Origin: Octopus bimaculoides
Taxonomy: Eukaryota
Length of the DNA stretch: 35,135 nt
NCBI RefSeq assembly: GCF_001194135.2
Contig: NC_068981.1
Location: forward strand, 162,421,266 to 162,456,400
Reading direction: 5' to 3'
Shown here piece after piece: positions 11,444-22,640 of the stretch. The notes beneath the pieces are model-generated. The model made no database searches and was not told where the DNA came from. It saw only the letters and a list, made by a program, of their open reading frames with translations. The translations under genes were made by a program, and so were the position numbers. How positions within the stretch are numbered: position 1 is the stretch's first letter; every line of letters starts with the position of its first letter.

Positions 11444-11697
11444 ACAGTAGTTGAGATAGAGGTAGCAGTAAGTGGTTGTGCATGAGAAAAATCACCTGGT
11501 GGGGTGATTTGCCCTACAAATTTTATGTGTATATGCCAGATTTCATCAGCAGAACTGGAGAATTCCCAGAGCTGTGAGCTGGTGGATGGTAGCACTCTTG
11601 AGGAAGGATGTGAACAAATGAATACAATTGATAATTTTCAATCAAAAGTGAACTGAAGAATGTTTGATCAGATGCTGTGTAATATTTATTTTTACTG

Positions 11698-11915
11698 TAA
11701 GGTAGCAAACTGGCAGAATCGTTAGCAATGTTGAGCAAAATGCATAGTGGCATTTCATTCATCTATACTTTTTGAGTTCAAATTCTGCTGAGGTCAACTT
11801 TTGCCTTTCGTCTTTTCAGGGTCGATAAAATAAGTACCAGTTTAAAACTGGGATTCATGTAATCATCTTACTCCCTCTCTCGAAAATAATAGCCTTGTGC
11901 CACAATTTGAAACCA
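11698..11915 (+). mobile_element. Meta-like SINE
   Basis: aaggtagcaaactggcagaatcgttagc...gagttcaaattctgctgaggtcaac...gggtcgataaaataagtaccag. Confidence 0.8.
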
Positions 11916-12009
11916 ATATTTGTTCTGGTTCTTTGTATTCTGAGTTTAAATTCCGCCATTGTTTACTTGGATGGTAGACTTAATCTGTAGCTGAGTCTAA
12001 CACACACAG

Positions 12010-12081
12010 TCACTAGGTTTCATGCTGAGACAAATCTCTTGACATAAAACCAACAGCAGCCTTGTTAACCCACAAATAAAA
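12010..12081 (-). repeat. Left copy of a 72 bp inverted repeat pair
   Basis: Reverse complement matches 13345-13416 at 67 of 72 positions. Confidence 0.9.
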
Positions 12082-12835
12082 GACAAAAGTATATACATAC
12101 ACACACACACATATATATGTATACAACTTGTACATACATACATATATAAATGTATGTACATATATATATGCGAGTATGATACTTTCTATGAACAACATGT
12201 TTGTTTTTTTTTTTCTTTCTGAAAGAGGATGATACTAGTTAGATATAGCATTTTTATGGCTGTATATTTTTATTATATGAAAATTATACAGGAGAAAGTT
12301 GATTATATATTCAGTACGATATTTTATCACCGACTCTCCTGTCTAGAGTATAAATAATTCTATGCAGCCTCTGTTAAAAGCTTTGACCATTATTATATAC
12401 AGTTTTTACATGCAAACGAACACACACACAAAACCTAGTAACATTTTTTTTGACAAATTATTACGGCTTTTTCCTAAACTATGTAGCTTACATAAATGTT
12501 TATTTATCCTAACATAAATAAAATTTACAGACATTGATTTGGCATAAATAATGAGTAACATCAAAATAATTATCACACCACTGGAGCTAAAAATCAGTGA
12601 AGAATCTTCAGGAAACAGCAGTTATAAAAGTCATTATAAGAGAAACTGGTATAAATATAAATACTTTCTATTTACTTTTAGAATAATAATCAGAAATGGA
12701 CAGTTGGTCAATGTTGTTTGGGTTAACTGTGCGTACGAAATTTCTTTACTTCATGAAGAGGAGACAAAATGTGATCAAAATACCAAAGTCACTGAGAGAA
12801 TCAGAGCGAGTCCAGTTTCATACTGCATACATTTT

Positions 12836-13335
12836 TAATTTGCTTTAGTCATTAGACTGCAACCATGCTGGGGTACTGTCTTGAAGAATTTTTTACTTGA
12901 ATGAATTGAGCCCAGCACTTTTTTTTTAAGCCTGGTTCTTATTCTATCAGTCCCTTTTGCTGAACTGCTAGCATACGGAGACGTAAATACACTAGCACCG
13001 GTTGTCAAGCAGTGGTGGGTGACAAACACACATATATACATACGTACACATATATATATGTATACACACACACACACACACCTTCTTTTTAATTCTTTTA
13101 ATCTTTACTTGTTTCAGTCATTTGACTGAAGCCATGGACTTATTCTTAGTAAGCCTTGTACTTATTCCATCGATCCCTTTGCTGAACTACTAAGTTACTG
13201 GGACATAAACACACCAATATATATATATGTGTGTGTGTGTGTGTGTATATATNNNNNNNNNNACACACGATGGGCTTCTTTCAGTTTCTGTCTACCAAAT
13301 CCACTCACAAAACTTTGGTTGGCCAAGGTGCCATG
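12836..13335 (-). mobile_element. Fragments of CORE-type SINEs (two tails and a body piece across a 10-N gap)
   Basis: tcattagactgcaaccatgctggg, gtttcagtcatttgactg and gggcttctttcagtttctgtctaccaaatccactcac are antisense to 11042-11443. Confidence 0.7.
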
Positions 13336-13344
13336 ACATGCTAC

Positions 13345-13416
13345 TTTTATTTGTGGGTTAACAAGGCTACTGTTGGTTTCATGTCGAGAGATTTATCTCA
13401 GCATGAAACCAAGTGA
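13345..13416 (+). repeat. Right copy of the 72 bp inverted repeat pair
   Basis: See 12010-12081. Confidence 0.9.
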
Positions 13417-13499
13417 GTATATTAGACTGGGCAACAGATTAAGTCTACCACCCTAGTAAACAATAGCAGGATTTGAACTCAGAATACAAAGAATCAAAA

Positions 13500-13690
13500 C
13501 AAATATTGGTTTCATATTGTGGCACAAGGCCATTATTTTGGGGGGGGAGGGGGTAAGATAATTACATTGATCTCAGTCTTTAACTGGTACTTATTTTATC
13601 GACACTGAAAGGATGAAAGTCAAAAGTTGACCTCAGCAGAATTTGAACTTAAAATGTATAGACGAATGAAATGCCACTATGCCATGCCTG
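13500..13690 (-). mobile_element. Meta-like SINE
   Basis: ctggtacttattttatcgacactgaaaggatgaaagtcaaaagttgacctcagcagaatttgaactt is antisense to the family consensus. Confidence 0.75.
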
Positions 13691-13769
13691 AGGCATTTTA
13701 CCTATGACTATATCATTCTCTGTTCTCCATTTTCCAAGACTATAACCTTCATTATTTAAAGGAGATTTG

Positions 13770-13865
13770 GCTGCACCATCAAGTAAATCTATAGTGTTGC
13801 ACAGCAGGACTGAACCTGAGACTACAAGGTTGGAAAGCAAACTTCTTAACCACACAAACATGTCT
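13770..13865 (-). mobile_element. CORE-type SINE head fragment
   Basis: gcaggactgaacctgagactacaaggttggaaagcaaacttcttaaccacaca is antisense to the tRNA-like head. Confidence 0.6.
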
Positions 13866-15554
13866 GCAGTGCAGCTTATAATAACATATATAATAATTTT
13901 AACCAGTAAAGACTTGACCTGATGAAATTAAAACACTGTTACCAAAAATCAATCCAATGTGAATTTAAGGAGCCAAGTCTTGAGCAACATGACAAAAATA
14001 ACCATTCTACTGTTAGAACCATCTCTGCCCTGCTTATTAATACTTGCACCAATGTCTGATGAAATCCTCCTTCCACAGGTATATTTTCATCTCCCATTTC
14101 ACTCTTCTATGTTAATGCATCTTTTTTAATGTTAATGTGTCTTTTTTTTCCTCTGAATTTATTTAGATTACTAGCTTAAATTTATTATCTTCTATAGTTT
14201 CATTTTCTCTTGTAATTAACTTCACTTTGAACTTGCTTTGAAGCCAAAAGTTTAAGTTTTTAAAAAATTGTCATCTGGATTGTGCAATTAATTTATTCAA
14301 ATCAGCAATTACTAAGTTGGTAAAACCATAAAAAAAAAAAGAATTTCCTTATTATTATTTCTTTAATAAATAATAATTATTATTTTTTAATAACAAAGAA
14401 ATAATATAGAATTCATTATTTTTATTTGCGTATTAATTTTTATTTATTCTTTTTTATTTATATTGTATGTATTTTTTTCTCTCAGCATGAACAATGGACT
14501 TTAAAGACATTCAAAAGTTTCTTTGAACTGAATTCTAAAACTTTATTATTTCAAATTAATTAAAATTTACTTCAAATTTGAATTGGTATGTGGTTCAAGT
14601 GCTGATCTATGAAGGGCACCTTGAAATAAAATCAAAATAGACCACTTGTCCATTTTATTTAGTTTTCATTTCACTTTTCCTCAGAACCTTTTAAAATGAA
14701 TGCAGCTCATATCCATGGCAATGCATATAAGCTTATATAAATTTATAGTAAATGCACAGATGAAAAACAGACACAGAAGGGCAAGCTAAACAACATATAG
14801 TAAACGCACAGACAAACGAAAAACAGACACAGAAGGTCACCAACTCCTCATTAATTATCACCCAGAGAGTCAAACGCAAATTTCATGCCTGACATGGTGA
14901 TTTTTTGTATATTTTCTCTTAAATAGTTCTCCTACCTCCCCTTTAAAGGTGACAGCTCTATCCTTTCATGATATCCTTAAAGCCAGGAACTTTTCAGCAC
15001 CCCCCTCGTTTATTCTTTTATTCTTTTACTTATTTCAGTCATGTGACTGCGGCTGTGTATATATATGTATGTATGTATATATATAGTTGGTTGAAGCTTT
15101 TTACCAATACTTAAGTTTTATGTTAACATGAATAGTCAGACAGCATGAATTACTATAATGAAATTCTCCTTTATTCACGATGATATTGAGACCTCACTCT
15201 TTCATTGGAAAACATATACTATTTCAGTCACTCTTAAGAAATGGCAATTTCTATCTTATGAAGAAAAAATATTGTTTTTAAGGGAGAAATGACTTTGTTT
15301 AATTTATTGGCAAAATTCTGATAGAAAAATAACCTTTTCTTGACATGAAAGCGAAAACAATTATTGCTTCATTTGATAGTAAACACATTCAAGTTCTTTG
15401 ATAACCCTTATATCTCGTGGTGCATACAAAAAATGTCCTTCCTAGCAAGAGGGTAACGACTGTATTAAATTTCTTAGGAAATAATTAAGGAAATGATATT
15501 TTTTGTAATGTTGGATCTTGAAGCAGACAAGCAGTAAATAATCCTTTTCTCCTA

Positions 15555-15715
15555 TAGACACAAGACCTGAATTTTTAGGAGAGAAAGTAATTGATTTCAT
15601 TGACCCTAGTATTTGACTGGTACTTTTTTATTGATCCCCAAAAGAATGCAAGGCAAAGTTGACCTTGTCAGAACTTGAACTCAGAATGTAAAGATAGACA
15701 AAATGCCAATAAACA
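15555..15715 (-). mobile_element. Meta-like SINE (partial)
   Basis: gactggtactttttattgatccccaaaagaatgcaaggcaaagttgaccttgtcagaacttgaactcagaatg. Confidence 0.7.
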
Positions 15716-15759
15716 ATAGCATGTAGATATTGGGATAAAAACCCCTTTGTATAAAAAAA

Positions 15760-16290
15760 AAAGTCATGGGTTGAGATTAATTACATCAAGAAGGGGCTTG
15801 CTAACAATTTTATCTTCACTTTTGAAAGAGTTTATTAACCTACATTTGAGCTTGGAGCAGAAATTGGTCTTGTGGTCTTAAAGAGTGACATAAAGCTTGC
15901 ACACAGCAAGGTTGGCAGTTTGTGTGATCTATTTTTAACTGGAAGGCTAATTCTTTTCTCTTTCTGTTTATTACATTAAAGGTAGCACAGCATTTTTTTT
16001 TTTTTTTTTTTCTAGAGGTGTTTTGTATGTTTTAGTGATTGTATTTGTCAGGACTTTAAATTGTATAGTGTTGATTAATCCATATATATTCTTTGTTTTG
16101 TCTGCAAATATGTGGACATTGGAAGATTGTTCAAAGAATTTTATGTAATTATTCAGGGTGTTTTGGAAAAAGTTAGTCTTGAATTAAATGCTGACATCTT
16201 TTTATTATGTTGATAGATCAGGTTCAAAATTTTCATAGGACTTAACATTTTTAGAGGGGTGGTGAAATAGTTTTGCATTATGAATCTATA
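15760..16290 (-). mobile_element. Penelope-like RT remnant A (N-terminal RT region)
   Basis: Minus strand, with frameshifts: SPPSKNVKSYENFEPDL...NVHIFADKTKNIYGLINTIQFKVLTNTITKTYK...YVTL*DHKTNFCSKLKCRLI. This matches the ADKTxN.Y / ITKTYK / KDHK..F....CRLI motifs of C-terminal-EN PLE RTs. Confidence 0.75.
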
Positions 16291-16294
16291 CTTT

Positions 16295-17186
16295 CATGGT
16301 TTGTATCAAAAGGTTACCAGACTAATTATGTTTAATACAAAATAACTTATTTACCCAAGTTTTAACATCATCTCCTTTGAAATAATCACCTTGCACAGCA
16401 GTACATTGGTCTCAGTATTCTTGCCACTTTTGGAATCTGGCCTGGAAGTCGTTTTCTGTATGTGAATCAAGAACCTTTTGTGATTCGTTCTGGATCTCAA
16501 CAACAGTGTTCAAATGGTGACCTTTGTATTTTCATCTTGGGGAAGAGATGGAAGTCTGCAGGTACTAAATCTGACAAATAGGGTGTATGTGGAAGTGATA
16601 CTATGTTGGTCTTGGCAAGAAACTTCTGAGTGACGAGAGCTTGGTGACAGGGTGCATTGTCATCATGAAGAATTCAATTCTTCATGCTCCACAGATCCAG
16701 TTGCTTTCGCCAAATGTCCCCCTTCAAATACCTCAAAACGTCCCAGTAGGAATCTTGGTCTGGCCCTGGGGGATTAATTCTTGATGCACAATACCACCAC
16801 AATACCCTCATGGCAGGTCTTCCAGGGATATTATTCTGCTTTTGAAGCACCCATGCCACTCAAAACATTGTGGACAACTCATGGCCTCATCGTCATACAC
16901 TTGCCAAAGCATGTGCAATGTCTTTGTAATAAACTTCTCGAGTTTAACACAAAATTTCATTTTGGCTCTTTGTTCCAACTTCTTGTCCATGACAAAATCA
17001 CAAACTACAGCATACGCGGGATCACAAAAACACAAATTTCACAGTATGTGAAGTAAATACAGTGATGTCACTCAGCACACTATCTCATGAAGGTCACTGC
17101 TAGCTCTCATTGTACACACAACTAGATGCTGTCATCTGTTGGCATGCTACAGAACTAGTCCAGGAACCTTTTGATACCACCTTGTA
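16295..17186 (-). mobile_element. Mariner (DD34D) relic with both TIRs and an internal deletion
   Basis: TIRs gtatcaaaaggttaccagacta and gtatcaaaaggttcctggacta. HTH region EQRAKMKFCVKL..., then GIVHQELIPQGQT, ILHDDNAPCH, PYLSDLVPADFHLFPKMK and C-terminal QGDYFKGD. The linker and first Asp region are missing. Confidence 0.9.
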
Positions 17187-17189
17187 TCT

Positions 17190-18094
17190 ACAGGTGTTTT
17201 GTTATTCCCTTTCTTATAACCACTATTGTTGAAATAATGTTCATCATATGTTGGATAAACAAATTTTAAATGTTCTTAACAGCATTGTTTCATATTAACG
17301 ATGAGTGATTTGGTTTTAACTTAATATATTAGAGCATATGATATGAGATTCTATAAGAATGGAATTTGCTACTGTCTATGTGTAGGATGATACCTAGAAA
17401 AATATTTATTTTAAGTTCTGTATATATCATGATCTTTGAATCTAATTCTTCAAATAAGTCAATCGTTTTTTTTTTTGTTTTTTTTTCTAAATTAGCTTGT
17501 TGGTTATTGTATTTCTAGGAATTAATAGGCCACCACCTGTGAATAACTCATAGAATTTTATAAATGCAAAATATATAATCTTATGCTTCTGCATACTACT
17601 AGTGAATCTTTTGAGTCCATACTTATATCAAAGGAAACATTTTTTTTTTTTTTTATTAATCCATAAAGCATTATCAAAAGATAGCATCTTCTTGCGTGCA
17701 TTATAATATTAGTCTCAACATCAGAAACCTGCGAGTAGTTTTTTGTAAAAATAGTTATTTGTCATTTATGCTATTGATTCAAGGTCTGACAGAAGCGTTG
17801 CTAATTCATAATGGTAAGACTGATATCCTACTAATTTTAGTTATTATATTGCCTAAAACTTATTTACTAATTATTCTTGTTTTAGCTTTTGTTGCATTAA
17901 TTAACCTTTGCATTATTATATTCATGTTGAAATATATTGTCATTGTTTCCATTAATTATAAAAATAATGAAGAATTTTTAAAAATTACTTATAGTTAGTA
18001 TGGCTAGTTTGTGGGGTTTTTTGCATGCTTTAGTGATTGTATTTTTCAGAAGTTTAGCGTGTATAGTGTTGTTTAGCCCATATATATTCCTCAT
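17190..18094 (-). mobile_element. Penelope-like RT remnant B (RT core to thumb)
   Basis: Minus strand, with frameshifts: RNIYGLNNTIHAKLLKNTITKACKK; QRLINATKAKTRIISK; NYSQVSDVETNIIMHARR; SFDISMDSKDSLVVCRSIRLYIL (FDVTMGSYDGAE.CELVGLY-like); FTGGGLLI (decayed YRDDGL); KINIFLGIILHI; FNNSGYK. Confidence 0.7.
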
Positions 18095-18107
18095 CATTAT
18101 TAAGCTG

Positions 18108-18319
18108 TATTAAGGTGGTGAGCTGGCAAAATCATTAGCACACCAGGTGAGATAGCAGCATTTCATCCTTCTTTACATTCTGAGTTCAAATTTTGCCAAG
18201 GTTGACTTTGCTATTCATCCTTTCAGAGTCGGTAAAATAAGTACCAGTTGAGCACTAGGGTCGATGTAATTGACTTGCTGCCTCCCCCAGAATTACTGGC
18301 TTTGTACCAAATTTGAAAC
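18108..18319 (+). mobile_element. Meta-like SINE with a 13 bp target-site duplication
   Basis: Family sequence flanked by cattattaagctg at 18095-18107 and 18320-18332. Confidence 0.85.
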
Positions 18320-18332
18320 CATTATTAAGCTG

Positions 18333-18452
18333 GATTTGGAATATTAATTAACATGAAATTTTATGGAAGATTCGAATTTAGATCTTTGAAACAAAGAATT
18401 TGTCTCACAGAAGCAAGGGCAGTTTCAGATAGGTTGGAATCAAAAGGGTTAA
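18333..18452. mobile_element. Possible piggyBac-like MITE end
   Basis: Ends aaagggTTAA (reverse complement TTAAccct, a piggyBac-like terminus). Only one end is visible. Confidence 0.3.
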
Positions 18453-18454
18453 TA

Positions 18455-18950
18455 TTATAGATGGCTTACTGATGAAATTGTCTTTTTTTATGGTTCTTGA
18501 AAGCAAAATGTGGTTTGTGTAATACTAGAGATTCATCATTATCTTCTAAATTTAAATTTTCAAGGATTTCCTTGACATCTGAATTTATAGAGTTGAACTG
18601 TTTCTTTTTTGGCATGTTTTGTGGTTTGTGATCAGTTCCATTGTGTGTATTAATTTTGTTTCATCCGGTTACATGAAAATATTATTCAAAAAAAGGAAAC
18701 ATTTTAATTTAATTTTTGAAAGTCACTCAAAGTTGTTTGACCTTACTTTCTACACTTGGATTTTTAACCAGCTGAAGCAGAGCTGTTTCAAAAGACTCTT
18801 ACAACATATTTTAAGGCAAGTTTTGCTCATTTTCATTCCAAAGTTGTTGTCCATAGAAAAATCAACCATGAAATATATTAGTCAAAGGAAAGACCATTTC
18901 GATCTGAGTTGTAATATACCTTCAGCTCTCTGGCTGGAAAATCAGACATG
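18455..18950 (-). mobile_element. Penelope-like RT remnant C (N-terminal region)
   Basis: Minus strand: NNFGMKMSKT; ESFETALLQLVKN; IFM*PDETKLI; QFNSINSDVKEILENLNLEDNDESLVLHKPHFAFKNHKKKTISSVSHL. These are collinear with remnant A motifs. Confidence 0.55.
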
Positions 18951-19638
18951 ACTTTGTTCAAAGGTACTTAAAATCTAAAATCCAGAAATTTAAATTTCTG
19001 TATAAAGTAGGTAATTCTTGAGCTTGCACAGGGCTACAAATAATGGAGGAATATTTGTCTACTTTGCTTATTAAAAAAAGGTATTCTATTCCACAATGAA
19101 AGCATCCTTAATTGCAAATGTGAATAATTTCATTTGAGTGAAAATTATTCTAAATAAAAAAAATAATGCAGTGACTTCCTTGCATTTTTGCAGAGGTGAC
19201 ACGGAAACTGTGAATAAGTTGTTTCACATATTAGTATTTACAAACACTTAAAGCATTGATACATATCATATGTTGATCTATGTTGATCTTTGAATACCCA
19301 TAAACCCATACAACAGTCAAGCACCTATTATTCATTATTGAGAATAGCCAATAAGGTTGATAGATTAGGACTCAATCCTAGAATCATATCCAGTGCTCAA
19401 TCTTAGAATCATATCGAAAAAGTTAATTATCTTCAGTTAAAATGTAAGAATGAGACACCAATATCATCACAGTTCAGGCCATGTAAATAAATTCAAGCCC
19501 CAGATTTAAGTTGACGGTACAGTAGATTTGTAAGTGGATTTGGTAGACATAAAATGAAAGAAGTATCTTGTGTGTGTGTGTGTGTGTGTACATACACACA
19601 CACACAAGAGTGTATATATGTAAATATATATGTGTGTG

Positions 19639-19698
<60 letters not shown>

Positions 19699-20539
19699 GG
19701 GTGTGATGGGCAAATTGTCGCCATTTTATATTTTTAGCTTCGCACATGCACATTGTTTTTGATTTTGTCGACTACACAGTATAGTAGGGTCAGCTGGGCA
19801 CCATCTGTGAGAAAAACAGCTCCATAATGCAATTCATTCTGCCAGAAATTTTGAAACAACATGCTGTACTGTTTGGCATTCATACTGGAAGCTCCAATAC
19901 AAACATTTCAGAGTATTTGGGTGTCAATCTGAGGATAGTGATGTTGTTCCATGAACATCTACCTGATTGTAATTAATTTCAGCTTTAAAATTTCAACAGG
20001 ATATCTCTCTTCATAATATATCAGCGTAATAATAATTTTCAGCATGACTTAACCTGCAACAGGTTAAGTCTAACACGACCCCAACATTGAGTTGGACATC
20101 AAGATTCCTTTTATATATATCTATATATATATATATATATATATTGCTTAAGCATTGTAGGACTAATACCCTGGTGTGGAACTCAATGTACATATGCTTC
20201 AGAATGAAGTGTTAGTCAAGTACAGAGCAGTAATAAGAAAATGAGATGACAAAGGAATAAATTATCTTATGAACTTCATTAGCTTACAACTGTTTGAGTG
20301 TGTGTGTGTGCGCGCACGCACGTGCATATGTATGAGTATGGGTGTATGTGTGTGTGTGTGCATGTTTCTGTCTGTCTGTGTATTTTTACAGTTATATTTA
20401 ATTACTCTTTATCTAAATTTGGATATGCCCATCTTTATATATACGCATTTTAAAATTAATCTTATTATACTTATTGGACGAACCCTTGGTTTTCATCTCC
20501 CATGTACATGTTTGCTTTCTCATCGGTAATGTTTTTTCT

Positions 20540-21020
20540 TATCATCATCATCATCGTTTAACATCAGCTTTCCATGCTAGCATGGGTTGGATGATTTGAC
20601 TGAGGACTGGTGAAACCAGATGGCAACACCAGGCTCCAATCTGATTTGGCAGAGTTTCTACAGCTGGATGCCCTTCCTAACGCCAACCACTCTGAAAGTG
20701 TAGTGGGTGCTTTTACATGCCACTGGCACGAAGGCCAGTCAGGCGGTACTGGCAACGGCCACGCTCAAATGGTATATTTTATGTGCCACCCGCACAAGAG
20801 CCAGTCCAGGGGCACTGGCAACGATCTCGCTCGAAAGTCCTTACACATGCCACGGGCATAGGTGCCAGAAAGGCGACACTGGGCACAGGTGCCATCAGGA
20901 TTTCACCTTCGCTTGCCCCAATAAGTCTTCGCAAGCTGAGTTCCATGTCCAATGAAGGAGGCAACGTTGGCATGGGTGCCAGTCGTCGAATTTAGTTCAG
21001 TTTCGATTTCACTTGCCTCA
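20540..21020 (-). mobile_element. RTE-LINE 3' end or RTE-tailed SINE
   Basis: catcatcatcatcgtttaacatcagctttccatgctagcatgggttgg..., with internal ggcac/gtgcc repeats. Confidence 0.8.
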
Positions 21021-21217
21021 ATATATGTATGCATAAATGTAATTCTTATCGCAAATGAAATTACACTTCATATTTGAGGTTCTAATGAAGCTATAAGGTG
21101 TTACTCAGGTACGCAACTATGAGTCCACACTGCAGCCTATTGCAGAAACAACTGTAAGCTAATGGAGTTCATAAGATAATAATTTAATTCTTTTGTCATC
21201 TCATTTTTTTTATATAC

Positions 21218-22070
21218 GTCATCATCATCATCTCTTAACGTTTGCTTTCCATGCTGGCATGGGTTGGACGGTTTGACATGGAGCTGGCCAGGTGGGCACT
21301 GTCCAGGTTCTAACTGTCTGTCGCACCCTTCCTAATGCCAAACACTTAACAGAGAGTGTCAGGTGCTTCATACATTCCAGCAGCACAGATGCATTTATGC
21401 AGCATTGGCGTGAGTGCCTTAATGCAGCATCAGTACAGATGCTTTTTAAGTGGCACCGTCACCTGAAAGGACAAGCCTGTATGTGTGAGAAACAGTGATT
21501 TTATTTAGCTTGATGCATCTTATCAAGTACAGCAAATCACCACACTTCCTGCTCCCTTGTCATTTCCTCAGAGAGGCCTAGCATCTGGAGATCCTTTCTC
21601 ATCACTTCATCCCACATCTTCCTGGGTTTACGCCTTTGACAGGTACTCTCCACATTTAGAGCTTGGCACTTCTTTATGCAGCTGTTCTCATCCATATGCA
21701 TCACATGACCAAACCAGTGCAGTTTTCTCTCTTGCACACAACATCTGACGCCTCTTACACCCAGTTTTCCTCTTAAGTCATTTACACTATTGTGTATGCA
21801 CACTGACATTACCCACCCAGTGGAGCATACTAGTTTCGTTTCTTTCAAGCTTTGACAAGTCCTCTATAGCCAAAACCCATGTTCCAATGTCATGTAACAT
21901 AACTGTACATACACAGGCATTATACACTTTATCATTCAGTCTGACGGAGAGGCTCTTAGTAACTGAGACAGAAGCTTTCTGAACTTTACCCAGCTTGTTC
22001 TTATCCTAGCAACAACTTCCTCCACCACTGCTAACTTGGTCTCATATGTAACAGAAGCTATCTACTACTT
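21218..22070 (-). mobile_element. RTE-clade LINE, 3' fragment (ORF C-terminus, 3' UTR and (GAT)n tail)
   Basis: IRTSWVKFRKLL; KVYNACVCTVMLHDIGTW; LSKLERNETSMLHW; ERKLHWFGHVMHMDENSCIKK...RRKPRKMWDEV (RLRWFGHV / GRPRKTW motifs). Confidence 0.9.
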
Positions 22071-22299
22071 CTAATGAAGCCCACTGTGCATTTGAGGGAG
22101 TCTATTGTCTGTGCATTTTTAGTGCTTATTTTTCTCATGTATTTGTCATACACAGACTATATTCTCCGTTAACCTTCCTGTGATACTGCTATACTTCTAA
22201 TATGTCCAAAGCTTGCACTGAGTACAACATATGAAGTCTCTACCAACACCCTTTATATATATATATATATATATATATATTTAACCTCGTTTTAATATA

Positions 22300-22640
22300 C
22301 TGTAATCGTTGATGCAACTATATTACAGGACCACCTTGAGTGAATACAGGACATTCATTGAAAATTATTACAAACTCAACATGTCAATAAGAAAATAACA
22401 ATATATCCTGTATTAGAAGCAAGAATTAAGGCTGGTTGCTCTGCTGGAAAATGAATTCTTACTGAACTGCTTAAAGTATGTGAGGAAATTGGAAATTAGT
22501 GGATAAATAAATCAATAGGATTATAGGAATAATTACTTTATTGGACCTGTTTTTTGTTTTATTTTTTTTTTATATTATTGATTAGTTTTCAAAGGCAATA
22601 AATGGTAAAAGTAAGGCAATGGGAGATCTCATGAACCATT
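22300..22640 (+). repeat. Old repeat, homologous in inverted orientation to 28440-28775; possibly an RTE RT remnant
   Basis: Shared gagtgaatacaggacattcattgaaa, ggaaaatg.attct..ctgaactgcttaaa and aagtaaggcaatgggagat.tcatgaac. Weak resemblance to GIVAEMLK and FKGKG motifs. Confidence 0.6.

Noticed and set aside
14485-14585. Strong acceptor and donor pair on the plus strand
   Set aside because: Stops in all three frames, and no evidence for a non-coding exon.
16016-16143. Apparent exon after a long poly-T acceptor, with an apparent duplicate near 18012-18094 (mutually exclusive exon or miRNA idea)
   Set aside because: Both are the antisense strand of PLE RT sequence (ADKTxNIY...ITKTYK). The poly-T is an A-run on the element strand, and the hairpin pairing is poor.
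17669-17814. Plus-strand exon candidate with a strong gtaaga donor (ORF 17696-17998)
   Set aside because: Lies antisense to PLE RT remnant B.
18773-19240. Phase-compatible chain of four plus-strand micro-exons (LKQSCFKRLLQHILS-SLAGKSDMTLFK-GLQIMEEYLSTLLIKK-RGDTETVNKLFHIL)
   Set aside because: The first two pieces are antisense to PLE remnant C, a GC donor is required, an alternative frame chains equally well, and I recognise no homology.
22416-22474. Exon candidate KQELRLVALLENEFLLNCLK with a gtatgt donor
   Set aside because: It sits inside a repeat whose second copy (28440-28775) does not preserve this frame.
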